DNA of 64,000 nucleotides from an uncultured Acidobacteriota bacterium (GTDB lineage Bacteria; Acidobacteriota; Vicinamibacteria; Vicinamibacterales; CAVVIG01): NCBI GenBank assembly GCA_902825985.1, contig CADEDC010000003.1, positions 10,926 to 74,925 of the forward strand, read 5' to 3'. Shown piece by piece: positions 63,420 to 64,000 of this stretch (position 1 is its first letter; each line of letters starts with the position of its first letter). The notes under the pieces were generated by a model. It saw only the letters and a program-made list of their open reading frames with translations, ran no database searches and was not told where the DNA came from. The position numbers and the translations under genes were made by a program.

Positions 63420-64000
63420 ATGTCCACTGCGTCCGCGCTTCCACTCGACACTGTGTTCCGGGCGACCGCGCCGCCGCCGGCGCCGGCGACGCTCGCCGAC
63501 ACCGGGCTCAGCAGCGACCAGATCTCGCAGCTGCTGGTGAAGACGCTGTACACCGGTGAGCTGGCCGGCACCGCGCTCGCGGACCGCGTCCGCCTGCCGT
63601 TCGGCCTGCTCGAACCGATCGTCGAGTCGCTGCGTCACGAGCGGCTGATCGAGGTCCGCGGCGCATCGGGCACCGGTACCGCCGGCTTTCGCTTCGTCCT
63701 CACCGATCTCGGCCGCGAGCGCGCCCGCCAGTACCTCGACGCCAACCAGTACGTCGGTGCGGCGCCGGTGCCGCTGGCCGACTACGTCGCCTTCATGAAG
63801 CGCCTGCTCGATGAGCGCGGCTTCATCGACCGGGCGCGGATGCGGCGCGGCTTCACCGACCTCATCGTCTCCGACACGATGCTCGAGCAGCTCGGTCCGG
63901 CGGTCAACGCCAACAAGGCCGTCTTCCTCTACGGGCCGCCCGGCAACGGCAAGACCGTGCTCGCCGAGGGCATGGGCCGCTCGATCGGCGGCGACCTGTA
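63420..64000 (+). CDS. AAA+ ATPase with ~160-aa N-terminal (winged-helix-like?) region. It is 3'-truncated by the window edge and not listed in the ORF track.
   Basis: My own translation from ATG 63420 gives MSTASALPLDTVFRAT...LLVKTLYTGELAGTALADRVRLPFGLLEPIVESLRHERLIEVRG...KAVFLYGPPGNGKTVLAEG (Walker A). It stays open to the window end and begins 18 nt after the tadC stop. Confidence 0.7.
   Translation, partial: MSTASALPLDTVFRATAPPPAPATLADTGLSSDQISQLLVKTLYTGELAGTALADRVRLPFGLLEPIVESLRHERLIEVRGASGTGTAGFRFVLTDLGRERARQYLDANQYVGAAPVPLADYVAFMKRLLDERGFIDRARMRRGFTDLIVSDTMLEQLGPAVNANKAVFLYGPPGNGKTVLAEGMGRSIGGDL

Noticed and set aside
63420-64000. The AAA+ gene after tadC as the enhancer-binding activator for the sigma-54 flp promoter
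   Set aside because: Its Walker A is LYGPPGNGKT (classical AAA+), not the GESGTGKE type of bEBPs. No GAFTGA can be checked because the gene is truncated. A link is therefore unsupported.

Overview
This is a 64-kb, very GC-rich (roughly 70% by eye) and densely coding chromosomal segment. The gene content (DUF1800/DUF1501 pair, Ku, Tad pilus, many Pro/Ala-rich linkers) suggests a soil Acidobacteriota- or Gemmatimonadota-like bacterium, but I cannot confirm the taxon without a search. I saw no rRNA, tRNA, CRISPR array, transposase or integrase.

About 50 CDS can be supported. Most of the very long ORFs in the track are antisense shadows of real genes, which is expected at this GC content.

- **1-26 kb, mostly housekeeping:** malQ fragment, DUF1015, serC, pcnB, polA, ku, M28 peptidase, PLP decarboxylase, OmpA-family protein, marR, pyruvate carboxylase, thiO-like gene and pterin dehydratase.
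- **26-37 kb, mixed accessory genes:** a solitary BMC-H shell gene behind a DUF1800/DUF1501 pair, a GNAT followed by an ~800-aa HerA/DUF853-like P-loop ATPase, a DCC oxidoreductase, pruA, DUF2461 and panE.
- **37.9-43.7 kb:** a translationally coupled RapA-like SNF2 helicase and a 1,099-aa PglX/Eco57I-type N6-adenine methyltransferase, with no nuclease visible by eye. This is my best candidate for an undescribed methylation-linked defence or epigenetic module.
- **43.8-49.6 kb:** an M14 peptidase and a pseudo-receiver/Pro-Ala-rich giant protein coupled to a small membrane protein.
- **49.9-64 kb, a Tad/Flp pilus locus:** two flp genes, cpaA, tadE, cpaB, cpaC, tadG, cpaE, cpaF, tadB and tadC. 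Its unusual features are a perfect sigma-54 promoter, an embedded 1,011-aa beta-propeller/SdrD-B-repeat secreted protein, a secretin with a long charged tail, a 496-bp internal gap, and a trailing AAA+ gene that runs off the window and is absent from the ORF track.

All functional calls rest on motif recognition by eye, not on database searches.
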